The notes under the pieces: model-generated
The model's database searches: none
What the model was told of the DNA's origin: nothing
What the model saw: the letters and a program-made list of their open reading frames with translations, nothing else
Made by a program: the position numbers and the translations under genes
Source: a bacterium
GTDB taxonomy: Bacteria > Zhuqueibacterota > Zhuqueibacteria > Oceanimicrobiales > Oceanimicrobiaceae
Length of the DNA: 21,433 nt
NCBI GenBank assembly: GCA_046758365.1
Contig: JBHIAC010000043.1
Location: 1-21,433 of the forward strand
Direction of reading: 5' to 3'
Shown here: piece by piece, positions 7,854 to 15,472 of the stretch
How positions within the stretch are numbered: the first letter of the stretch is position 1
Layout of the letters: the number at the start of each line of letters is the position of its first letter

Positions 7854-8789
7854 ATGCCAAATTCTGATGTTCGGGAAGTGATAATCATTGGTTCGGGACC
7901 AGCCGGTTATACTGCCGCCATTTATAACGCTCGGGCGATGTTAGAACCCTTGGTCTTTGCAGGTCCAGAGCCCGGAGGCCAATTGACATTAACTACCGAC
8001 GTGGGAAATTATCCTGGATTTCCTGAAGGTGTCATGGGGCCAGACTTAATGGAAGCCATGAAAAAGCAAGCGGAACGGTTTGGAGCTGAAGTAACTTGGG
8101 ACGCAGTAACAAAAGTTGACTTTTCTCATCAACCTTTTTCAATTTTTGTAGGAGATCAAGAATACAAGGCCAAAGCTGTAATAATTGCTTCAGGGGCTTC
8201 GGCGAAACTTCTTGGGCTTGAGTCGGAAAAGAAGCTTTTAGGACACGGGGTTTCTACTTGTGCTGTTTGCGATGGCGCCTTTTTCAGAGATAATGATTTA
8301 ATAGTCGTCGGCGGTGGAGATACGGCGATGGAAGACGCTATTTTTCTTACAAAATTTGCCAAAAAGGTAGAAGTTGTTCATAGAAGAGATCAACTTAGAG
8401 CTTCAAAAATTATGCAAGAACGGGCCTTTAAGAACGAGAAATTGAGTTTTATTTGGGATTCAGTGATCGAGGAAATCCATAACCCCGAGAAACATGATGT
8501 CACGGGTGTTACTTTAAAAAATATCAAGACAGGAGAATTGACTGAAAAAGTAGTGCAAGGCGTATTTATTGCCATTGGTCATAAACCAAACACGGAAATA
8601 TTTCAAGGACAAATAGAGATGGATGAGGTTGGCTACATAAAACCAAATGAAAGAACTATGACCAATGTGGAAGGAGTGTTTGCGGCTGGCGATGTGGTGG
8701 ATTTTTATTACCGCCAGGCTGTGACGGCTGCTGGCATGGGCTGTATGGCTGCCATTGATGCCGAAAGATGGTTAGAAACCCAGGAATGA
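7854..8789 (+). CDS. trxB: Thioredoxin-disulfide reductase
   Basis: IIGSGPAGYTAAIY, GGQL, CAVCDG redox motif, GGGDTA, HRRD and FAAGD motifs. Start moved to ATG 7854 (AAGGAG upstream; homology begins there). Confidence 0.96.
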   Translation: MPNSDVREVIIIGSGPAGYTAAIYNARAMLEPLVFAGPEPGGQLTLTTDVGNYPGFPEGVMGPDLMEAMKKQAERFGAEVTWDAVTKVDFSHQPFSIFVGDQEYKAKAVIIASGASAKLLGLESEKKLLGHGVSTCAVCDGAFFRDNDLIVVGGGDTAMEDAIFLTKFAKKVEVVHRRDQLRASKIMQERAFKNEKLSFIWDSVIEEIHNPEKHDVTGVTLKNIKTGELTEKVVQGVFIAIGHKPNTEIFQGQIEMDEVGYIKPNERTMTNVEGVFAAGDVVDFYYRQAVTAAGMGCMAAIDAERWLETQE

Positions 8790-9052
8790 AAATTAATATC
8801 CGCTGGTTGATGCAGGCTTGCGCATTTATTGGCTGTACTTTTTTCTTTATAAAAATTTGGGATAAATCTAAGCAGTTGTTTCATAGTCATGCTGGCCGTG
8901 ACTTTTTAATGCTTGGAGTTTATGGAATTCTATTTTTCGTTTGCTTTTTTGTCATGGCCGTGACCAGTTACTTAAAGCAAAAATATAATGGCACCTTAAA
9001 GAATCCAATTCCGATCTTTGAGAAAATACTGTCAAAAATTGGTCTGGTGTGA
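8786..9052 (+). CDS. Small two-TM membrane protein, unknown function
   Basis: ATG overlaps the trxB stop (ATGA). Two hydrophobic segments. Confidence 0.7.
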   Translation: MKINIRWLMQACAFIGCTFFFIKIWDKSKQLFHSHAGRDFLMLGVYGILFFVCFFVMAVTSYLKQKYNGTLKNPIPIFEKILSKIGLV

Positions 9053-9059
9053 CGGTATC

Positions 9060-9167
9060 CTAGAGACATGGACGAAAAACCCAAATTTGCAGAATTAACA
9101 ACATCTAAGTTATTAATTTCTTTGATCGAATTTTTTCTAAAAATATACTTTCCGTCCACGTCTCTAG
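9060..9167. mobile_element. MITE-like element 1 bounded by CTAG
   Basis: Left end CTAGAGACATGGACGAAAA and right end TTTCCGTCCACGTCTCTAG match at 17/19 as inverted repeats. IHF-like site at 9106-9118. Confidence 0.75.
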
Positions 9168-9299
9168 CGGCGTAGCCGAAAAGTCGATATTTAAGACGTT
9201 GGACGTCCGTCCTAGGTCCTTTAGAAAAAAATTGAACAAAAAACAATAACTTGGAATTTGTTAATTTCAAAAAACCGGAGTTTTCGGCCACGCCTCTAG
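9164..9299. mobile_element. MITE-like element 2, a related copy in inverted orientation sharing the central CTAG
   Basis: Ends CTAGCGGCGTAGCCGAAAA and TTTTCGGCCACGCCTCTAG (17/19). Its reverse complement is internally similar to element 1 (AATTAACAA..AAGTTATT..AATTTTTTCTAAA). Confidence 0.75.
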
Positions 9300-9328
9300 C
9301 GGGTTGAAAAGTTTAATAAGACTGCTAA

Positions 9329-10183
9329 ATGAAATTCGGAGCGCACGTTTCCATTGCTGGCGGAGTAATTAATGCGCCTCAAAATGGCAAAAATGCAACC
9401 TGTGATGTGGTACAGATTTTTACCAAAAATCAAATACAGTGGCGAGTGCCAGAGCTTACAGATGAGGATATTGAAAAATTCAAAGGTGAAGAAGAGAGAA
9501 CGGATGTAAAAGTTGTTTGTGTGCATGCCTCTTATTTAATTAATTTAGGGAGCTTTGATGTCCAAAAATTGCAGCAGTCTAGAGAAAATTTTTTAATAGA
9601 AATGCAGCGGGCCGAAGCTTTGGGAATTCCTTATTTGATTGTTCATCCAGGTTCTCATACAGGGCGAGGGGAAAAGAAAGGACTTCAAAGAATCGCTGAA
9701 AGTCTTAGTTTTGTCTTGGATAAATGTTCAGATTCTAAGTTAAAAATCCTTTTAGAAACCACGGCTGGACAAGGCGACAATGTAGGATACACTTTTGAGC
9801 AGTTGGCTGAAATTAAATTTCAAGTAGAAGCAAAAGAAAGAGTAGGTGTTTGTTTAGATACCTGTCATCTTTTTGCTGCAGGATATGAGTTAAGAACGGA
9901 AGAGGGTTACAGAGTGACCATTCGAGAGTTGGAGGAAATCATTGGTATTGACCAGGTTGGAGTCATTCACACCAATGACTCCAAACGCGAGTTGGGCAGT
10001 AGGGTAGACCGTCATCAACATATTGGGGAAGGAGAACTTGGGCTCGTTGCTTTCGAACATCTTGTGAATGATGGTAGATTTAACCACGTACCAATGATAA
10101 TCGAAACACCCGGAGGAGCGAACAAGGACGCGGAGAATTTGAAGAAGTTGAGGTCCCTTTTAAAGCAAGAGATAATTAAGTAA
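9329..10183 (+). CDS. nfo: Endonuclease IV (AP endonuclease family 2)
   Basis: GAHVSIAGG, HASYLINL, HPGSH, LETTAGQG, CLDTCH, HTNDSK, DRHQHIGEG and IETP zinc-ligand motifs. Confidence 0.97.
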   Translation: MKFGAHVSIAGGVINAPQNGKNATCDVVQIFTKNQIQWRVPELTDEDIEKFKGEEERTDVKVVCVHASYLINLGSFDVQKLQQSRENFLIEMQRAEALGIPYLIVHPGSHTGRGEKKGLQRIAESLSFVLDKCSDSKLKILLETTAGQGDNVGYTFEQLAEIKFQVEAKERVGVCLDTCHLFAAGYELRTEEGYRVTIRELEEIIGIDQVGVIHTNDSKRELGSRVDRHQHIGEGELGLVAFEHLVNDGRFNHVPMIIETPGGANKDAENLKKLRSLLKQEIIK

Positions 10184-10184
10184 G

Positions 10185-10263
10185 GTGGAACATCAATTAA
10201 TTCACTATTTTAATTGCACAGGATGAAGATGTATGTTTTTTCGCAATCTATCCGATGTTACAA
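10185..10263 (+). pseudogene. HicB-family antitoxin N-terminal remnant
   Basis: Removing a 4-nt duplication (cAATTAATTc) gives GTG-EHQFTILIAQDEDVCFFAIYPMLQ. This matches the HicB N-terminal pattern 'FTVLIEQDEDGxxxAxxPxLxG'. Confidence 0.6.
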
Positions 10264-10425
10264 GTAGATAGTATAATTATAGGAGATGCAAAAGCTCGAA
10301 ATGTAGAAGTAATCTGCCACGATATACCTGAATTAGCTGGCATTCGAGGCCTTTTAGGTTTGAGTTTTTTGAAACATTTTAGAACCGTAATTGATTATAA
10401 ACAGGATTATCTTGAAATCTCCTGA
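10252..10425 (+). pseudogene. Retropepsin-like (clan AA) aspartic protease, C-terminal half only
   Basis: PMLQVDSIIIGDAKARNVEVICHDIPELAGIRGLLGLSFLKHFRTVIDYKQDYLEIS*. The GLLGxSFL motif is present and the catalytic DTG half is absent. Confidence 0.8.
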
Positions 10426-10503
10426 GTTTAGTACTGTAAATTCAAATTTTTATAAATTTATAAATAAATAGTATTAATAATCAAAAAACAAGAGGAGGGA
10501 GTC

Positions 10504-10992
10504 ATGAGATTTTCAAATTCTGTTCTATGGTTTGTTTTAATCCTTTGCATTGCGCTATTTTCCTGCGTTAGACCTGAAAGTGAGGAGTTAGACTTAGTTC
10601 AATTACGCAAGGCCATTGAGGAAACTAATGCCAAATTTGTAGAAGCGTTTAATCAGGGTGACGCGGCTGCTGTCGTTGCGTTATACACAGAGGATGCGAG
10701 CATCTTGCCACCCAACAACGAGATGATTCAAGGCAGAGAGGGCGTACAACAGTTTTGGAACGGTGCCATGCAAATGGGGATTAAGAATGTTGCTTTAACC
10801 ACGGTTGATTTAAATGGTAGCGGCAACTTGGTGTACGAAATTGGCAGATATTCCCTCACGATTCAACCTGAGGGCCAAGAGGTCATGAAAGATTCAGGTA
10901 AATATATAGTTGTCTGGAAACACCAGGAAGATGGTACCTGGAAATTGCACACAGATATCTGGAATACCAGTATGCCGATTCCAGGTCAATAA
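10504..10992 (+). CDS. YybH/DUF4440 (NTF2/SnoaL-like) lipoprotein
   Basis: Lipobox LFSC. Motifs AFNQGDAAAVVALYTEDA, GREGV and GKYIVVWK...WKLHTDIWN. GAGGAGG RBS. Confidence 0.9.
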   Translation: MRFSNSVLWFVLILCIALFSCVRPESEELDLVQLRKAIEETNAKFVEAFNQGDAAAVVALYTEDASILPPNNEMIQGREGVQQFWNGAMQMGIKNVALTTVDLNGSGNLVYEIGRYSLTIQPEGQEVMKDSGKYIVVWKHQEDGTWKLHTDIWNTSMPIPGQ

Positions 10993-11006
10993 GCTCTCAG
11001 TAACCT

Positions 11007-11156
11007 TAGATCGCGCTGGATATGTGTACTGTGCGGACAATGAATAAAGGATATTCATCCTATTAGAAGGATACGGTTTAGCTAATTGGTTAAAGATTAT
11101 AGGTCAAATGTCCATATTACCATTCTCGCTCAGGCTGACATATCCAGAGCGGTCTA
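11007..11156. mobile_element. MITE-like element with TA-bounded inverted repeats (IS630-like ends)
   Basis: TAGATCGCGCTGGATATGT (11007-11025) and ACATATCCAGAGCGGTCTA (11138-11156) match at 17/19, with weaker complementarity extending inward. Confidence 0.65.
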
Positions 11157-11185
11157 TTTACTCAATACTCCTTTATTGGGGAGAT

Positions 11186-11295
11186 TAGACTTCTGCAAAA
11201 TAGGGTGTACAACCTTTAGGTTGAGATTGTCATAGGCAGGCTGAAGCCTGTACACCCATTTTGAGCTTGCTTTAAATTAATTTTGCAGAAGTCTG
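11186..11295. mobile_element. 110-bp MITE with perfect 15-bp TIR, 8-bp target-site duplication and an internal REP-like doublet
   Basis: AGACTTCTGCAAAAT (11187-11201) and ATTTTGCAGAAGTCT (11280-11294). GGGGAGAT direct repeats at 11178-11185 and 11296-11303. Confidence 0.88.
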
Positions 11296-11351
11296 GGGGA
11301 GATAAGTTAAGTTCATTAAATTTGAAATGATTCATTTAGGAGGGAAAGAAA

Positions 11352-11729
11352 ATGAAAGGTGGTCTATTTTGGATTGCAACAGGATTGCTAATGATATTCA
11401 TATTCATGAGTTGCCAGAAAAAAGACGAAAAGAAGGAGCTAAGTAATTCGCATGTAAAAGAGGTAATTGTTAATTACATCAAGAATGAAACGGGACCGGA
11501 GGGTACATTTGCTATTGAAGATACTATAGAAGTGAAGACCTGGCAATTAACTTATGATTATGTGCACGAGTCTGTACATAAAGCAGAAGATGGCCGTTAT
11601 TATGCCTGCGTAGACTTTACGGAAGGGGATAATCGATTGGATTTGGACCTATACGTGGCCAAAGAAGACGATGAACTTAAGATTTCTGAAGTGGTCATTC
11701 ACAAAGTCAATGGAGAAAGTCGGTGGTAA
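11352..11729 (+). CDS. Hypothetical lipoprotein
   Basis: AGGAGG RBS, hydrophobic signal with lipobox FMSC, and a small beta-rich domain (YYACVDF...DLDLYV...IHKVNG). Confidence 0.8.
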   Translation: MKGGLFWIATGLLMIFIFMSCQKKDEKKELSNSHVKEVIVNYIKNETGPEGTFAIEDTIEVKTWQLTYDYVHESVHKAEDGRYYACVDFTEGDNRLDLDLYVAKEDDELKISEVVIHKVNGESRW

Positions 11730-11869
11730 ATGGCTACACTTCAAACAATAGACAAACGGACTAAAATCCACGGGAAGTAATCCAAGAGGTCGTTGACCAA
11801 ATTAAAACCAAATTCAAGTCTAATAAAATTATTTTATTTGGGTCGTATGCATATGGCACATACATATAA
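11730..11869 (+). pseudogene. Minimal nucleotidyltransferase (MNT) antitoxin N-terminal remnant
   Basis: MATLQTIDKRTKI/(1-nt deletion)REVIQEVVDQIKTKFKSNKIILFGSYAYGTYI*. The LFGS motif is present and the DxD half is lost where the next gene starts. Confidence 0.8.
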
Positions 11870-14552
11870 AGACATTCTAAATTCCGTTCAAAAACCTGTA
11901 AGATATCTTGGTAACGAGTGGAATGTCATCCGTAAGTCTAAAGATGAAGCACGAAAGCGGGTGGCTCTTTGTTTTCCCGATACCTATGAAATTGGTATGT
12001 CCCATTTAGGTCTGCGGATTCTGTATTCCATTTTAAATAAAAGAGAGAGTACCGCAGCGGAACGGGTGTACACGCCTTGGTTTGATTTGGAAACCAAACT
12101 TCGAGAGAAAGGACTACCTCTGGTATCTCTGGAGACCCAGATACCTCTATCGGAATTTGATGTGGTTGGCTTTTCACTTCAATATGAATTGGAATATACC
12201 AATATTTTAACCATGTTAGAATTGGGGGGCATTCCCTTGTATTCGAAAGATCGGGGCGAAAAACATCCTTTGATTGTAGGGGGTGGCCCTTGTGCTTTTA
12301 GTCCTGAGCCTTTAGTGGAATTTTTTGATTGCTTTTTGATTGGCGATGGTGAAGAATCTTTCCCCCAACTCATAGACCAATTTGTGGAATTACGGGATTC
12401 GGATTTGTCTAAAATAGAAATTTTAAAAGGCCTGTCTGAATTAGAAGGGATTTATGTCCCATCTCTATATGAAACCAAAGTAGATCCGGAAACCGGATTT
12501 GAAGTTGTAACTGGAAGCCAAGAGGCTCCCTATCCAGTGATTCGAACTTATATTGAGGACATTAATAAATATCCATTTCCAGATGATATTTTGGTACCCC
12601 ATGGGGAAATTGTTCATGATCGGGTGGCTGTAGAAATTGCCAGAGGCTGCACCGAAGGGTGTCGTTTTTGTCAGGCAGGCACTATTTACCGTCCGGTTCG
12701 GGAACGCAAGCCTGAGGACATTATTATTTCCATCATGAGGAGTTTGGATAAAACCGGCTTTGATCAGGCTTCACTAACCTCCCTCTCTACAGCGGATTTC
12801 AGTTGTATTTCACCTTTAGTTAAAAAACTTAGTGAGGCATTGGTCAAAAGGCAAACAGCCATGAGTGTTTCTTCCATGAGAGTTTATGGATTGACCGATA
12901 CTCTTACTGAAAGCCTCTCCAAAATTCGACGCACAGGTTTCACCATTGCACCTGAAGCCGGGAGCCAGCACATGCGGGATGTCATCAATAAAGGCATCAC
13001 CGAAGAGGTTATTTTAGATGGAGCACGCACTGCTTTTAAAAATGGCTGGAATCACATTAAACTTTATTTCATGATTGGATTACCCACAGAGACCGAAGAA
13101 GATTTAAAAGCTATCGTGGATTTGGGATTGGAAATTTTGAAGCTGGCCGGAAAAGAACATGACAGGCAGGCGCAGGTGACTATAAGCGTTTCATCACATA
13201 TTCCTAAACCCCATGCTCCGTTCCAATGGCTAGGTTTTGAAAACCGAGATTCTCTGCGGCAAAAACAAAAATATTTATTAAGTCTCATTAAACCTCACAA
13301 ACGAATACGATTCAAATATCACGATGTGGACCATTCGTGGCTGGAGGCTATTTTTTCTCGCGGGGATAGGCGTTTAAACAAAGCATTGGAGTTAGCTTAT
13401 CGGCGGGGCTGCCGATTTGATGCCTGGACCGATCATCTTAAGTTAGACGTATGGTGTCAAGTATTTGACGATTTGAACATAGATACGGATATTTGGCTCA
13501 AAGATATTACTCTCTTTGCGCCTTTGCCGTGGGATCATCTGGACTCCCGTGTTAAAAAAGAATTTCTTATCCAAGAACTGAAACGTGCATTAAATGGACG
13601 ATTTTCACCAGCTTGTGAAAAGCCGTACAAAAAGAAAAGCGAATTGAATCGTACGGATTTGGGCAAGCCCGAAGAAAGCGACAAATTGGTTTGTTATCAC
13701 TGCGGCTTGGAGTGTGATTTGGACGCTATTCGGCAGGAGCGCATTGAAAGTTGGAACAGTTTAGAAAGAGGAATTCCTGTTGAAATGCAGGCTGTGGCTG
13801 AAAACTTTAAAAATTTAACCCAAAAGGATACACGTTACAGGGCTTCTTACTGCAAGCTTGATGAATTTCGGTTTCTTTCAGCCTTGGATTTAACGCGAAC
13901 CTTCACTCGATCGTTTATTCGTGCAGGTGTGCCTTTGAAGTACAGCAAAGGATTTCATCCAACGCCTCTCATCTCTTTTGGGCCAGCTTTGGGCGTAGGA
14001 ATGGAAAGCATCGAAGAATTTCTGGACTTCGAAACGATTGTGGAAATCCCACCAGATGAGCTCTTGGATATACTCAATACACAATTACCTGAGGGACTGA
14101 ACTTTATTTCTTTGAAAATAATTGATAAAAGTACAGAATCTCTTTTTAAGATAATTCAGGCAGCGGAGTATTCTGTTTCTTTGGATTCGGAAGAGTTGAA
14201 TCAACAAATTAGAAAACGAATCTCCGGTAATTCCAATGGAAATTTAGCTAAGCTGCATGAATCTTTAGTTTCAGAGTTTTTAAATCGCGATACTATTGAA
14301 ATGACTAAAATGTGTAAAGGGGAAAGCAAGAAGAAAGATATAAGACCCCTGATTAAAAAGATAGAAGTGATGAATTCCCGCAAACCTCTATACCTCCGAA
14401 TGGTTTTATCTACGGGTCAAAAAGGCGGTGTTCGTCCAGAGGCAATTTTAGAAAAAATGTATGGTGTTGCATCAGATTTGTTCAGAATTCGAAGAGAAAA
14501 GTTATTTGTTGAAAGCGAGGATCATCTTTATTCACCATTAGAACTTAGCTGA
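11853..14552 (+). CDS. TIGR03960-family B12-binding-like radical SAM protein fused to a TIGR03936/DUF2344 domain
   Basis: VQKPVRYLGNE, FPDTYEIGMSHLG, RGCTEGCRFC (CxxxCxxC), IAPEAGS, KLYFMIGLPTE, FDAW and LPWDH motifs. C-terminal RFLSALD...YSKGFHP..SFGPALGVG. Start moved to ATG 11853 because the upstream in-frame sequence is the MNT remnant. Confidence 0.92.
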   Translation: MAHTYKDILNSVQKPVRYLGNEWNVIRKSKDEARKRVALCFPDTYEIGMSHLGLRILYSILNKRESTAAERVYTPWFDLETKLREKGLPLVSLETQIPLSEFDVVGFSLQYELEYTNILTMLELGGIPLYSKDRGEKHPLIVGGGPCAFSPEPLVEFFDCFLIGDGEESFPQLIDQFVELRDSDLSKIEILKGLSELEGIYVPSLYETKVDPETGFEVVTGSQEAPYPVIRTYIEDINKYPFPDDILVPHGEIVHDRVAVEIARGCTEGCRFCQAGTIYRPVRERKPEDIIISIMRSLDKTGFDQASLTSLSTADFSCISPLVKKLSEALVKRQTAMSVSSMRVYGLTDTLTESLSKIRRTGFTIAPEAGSQHMRDVINKGITEEVILDGARTAFKNGWNHIKLYFMIGLPTETEEDLKAIVDLGLEILKLAGKEHDRQAQVTISVSSHIPKPHAPFQWLGFENRDSLRQKQKYLLSLIKPHKRIRFKYHDVDHSWLEAIFSRGDRRLNKALELAYRRGCRFDAWTDHLKLDVWCQVFDDLNIDTDIWLKDITLFAPLPWDHLDSRVKKEFLIQELKRALNGRFSPACEKPYKKKSELNRTDLGKPEESDKLVCYHCGLECDLDAIRQERIESWNSLERGIPVEMQAVAENFKNLTQKDTRYRASYCKLDEFRFLSALDLTRTFTRSFIRAGVPLKYSKGFHPTPLISFGPALGVGMESIEEFLDFETIVEIPPDELLDILNTQLPEGLNFISLKIIDKSTESLFKIIQAAEYSVSLDSEELNQQIRKRISGNSNGNLAKLHESLVSEFLNRDTIEMTKMCKGESKKKDIRPLIKKIEVMNSRKPLYLRMVLSTGQKGGVRPEAILEKMYGVASDLFRIRREKLFVESEDHLYSPLELS

Positions 14553-14591
14553 ATTAGGTTTACGTTTGGGAAATACAGATTACCTTTAATT

Positions 14592-15386
14592 ATGAAAATT
14601 AAACTTAACGGCTTTTTCATTTTTACACTCCTTTTTACAACTAGTTTGTTGGGACAAACAAATCAAGAAATTGCTGCGACACCTCAAAGGCCCAGTTTTA
14701 GTACCAGTACAGCCACAACCTATTCAGGGTGGCTGGAGCTTGAAGCCGGGGTATCGGTAGATAAACATCTATTAGATTCGCCACTTGTACTTAAATTAGG
14801 AGCGATGCGAAATTTTGAATTGTTTGTTGGATTATCACCTATGATGAGTGTTTCAAATGGTAGTTCAAAAACGGGTTTTGGGGATATGGCTTTTGGAGGT
14901 CGTGTACGGTTTAAAGAGAGTACTATTAACAGTCCATCTTTGGCTGGACAGTTTTCAATTAAGTTACCAACTGCAGATGAAAGCAAAGGATTGGGTACGG
15001 GCGAAGTAGATTTCAATTTTCTTTTTATATTATCTCAATCATTTGGAAACGTTGGAATGGATTTCAATATGGGATTTAGCATTCTAGGAAACCCCGAGGG
15101 TGGGAACAATGCACAGATTTTGGGAATTTTAACCTTTAGTAGATTAATTACTGCAAAGTTTAGCGGTTACGGTGAAATTTATGTAAATCATGGTATTGAA
15201 CTTGATGATACAGAGTCTAATAGTTTTGAAAATGATGAAGCCGTGTTCATTGGAGCAGTAGGGGTAAGCTACTCTCCTTCTGCTCTTTTAGTTTTTGATG
15301 CAGCTTTTAATTTCAACCTTTCAAATGCTCCATTTGATTTTCAAGTTTTGGCTGGCGTTACGGCAACACTGACGAGATTTTGGTAG
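14592..15386 (+). CDS. Outer-membrane beta-barrel 'transporter' (MetA-pathway of phenol degradation-like family)
   Basis: Signal peptide. Motifs RPSFST..T...G.LELE, GFGD and LPTADESKGLGTG..D. Alternating beta strands and an aromatic C-terminus (RFW). Confidence 0.75.
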   Translation: MKIKLNGFFIFTLLFTTSLLGQTNQEIAATPQRPSFSTSTATTYSGWLELEAGVSVDKHLLDSPLVLKLGAMRNFELFVGLSPMMSVSNGSSKTGFGDMAFGGRVRFKESTINSPSLAGQFSIKLPTADESKGLGTGEVDFNFLFILSQSFGNVGMDFNMGFSILGNPEGGNNAQILGILTFSRLITAKFSGYGEIYVNHGIELDDTESNSFENDEAVFIGAVGVSYSPSALLVFDAAFNFNLSNAPFDFQVLAGVTATLTRFW

Positions 15387-15471
15387 TTACTTTAAGGCAA
15401 AAATTAAACAGCTTAAAGAAGAGACACTTGAGAAGTTGGTTGAGAAAGCAAAATATCATATTTATCAATAA
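15385..15471 (+). pseudogene. Possible PemK/MazF toxin C-terminal remnant
   Basis: A stop-terminated frame filling the gap reads SYFKAKIKQLKEETLEKLVEKAKYHIYQ*, resembling the PemK tail 'RLKxKIGxLxEETxxKVxxA'. Short, and judged by eye. Confidence 0.35.
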
Positions 15472-15472
15472 A

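Noticed and set aside
8968..9291. 107-aa minus-strand ORF (and a similar short peptide MDEKPKFAELTTSKLL from 9068)
   Set aside because: Both run through the MITEs. The peptide similarity is explained by DNA homology between the elements, and the ORF overlaps a plus-strand gene.
9060..11303. CRISPR array or tRNA/ncRNA among the intergenic repeats
   Set aside because: The repeats are inverted pairs, not regularly spaced direct repeats. No cloverleaf, T-loop or CCA signature was seen, and there are no cas genes.
11793..11852. N-terminal extension of the radical SAM ORF; similar extensions at 7788-7853 (trxB), 8768-8785 and 15380-15472 (mtaB)
   Set aside because: Family homology begins at the downstream ATGs. 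The extensions overlap other genes, remnants or a stem-loop.
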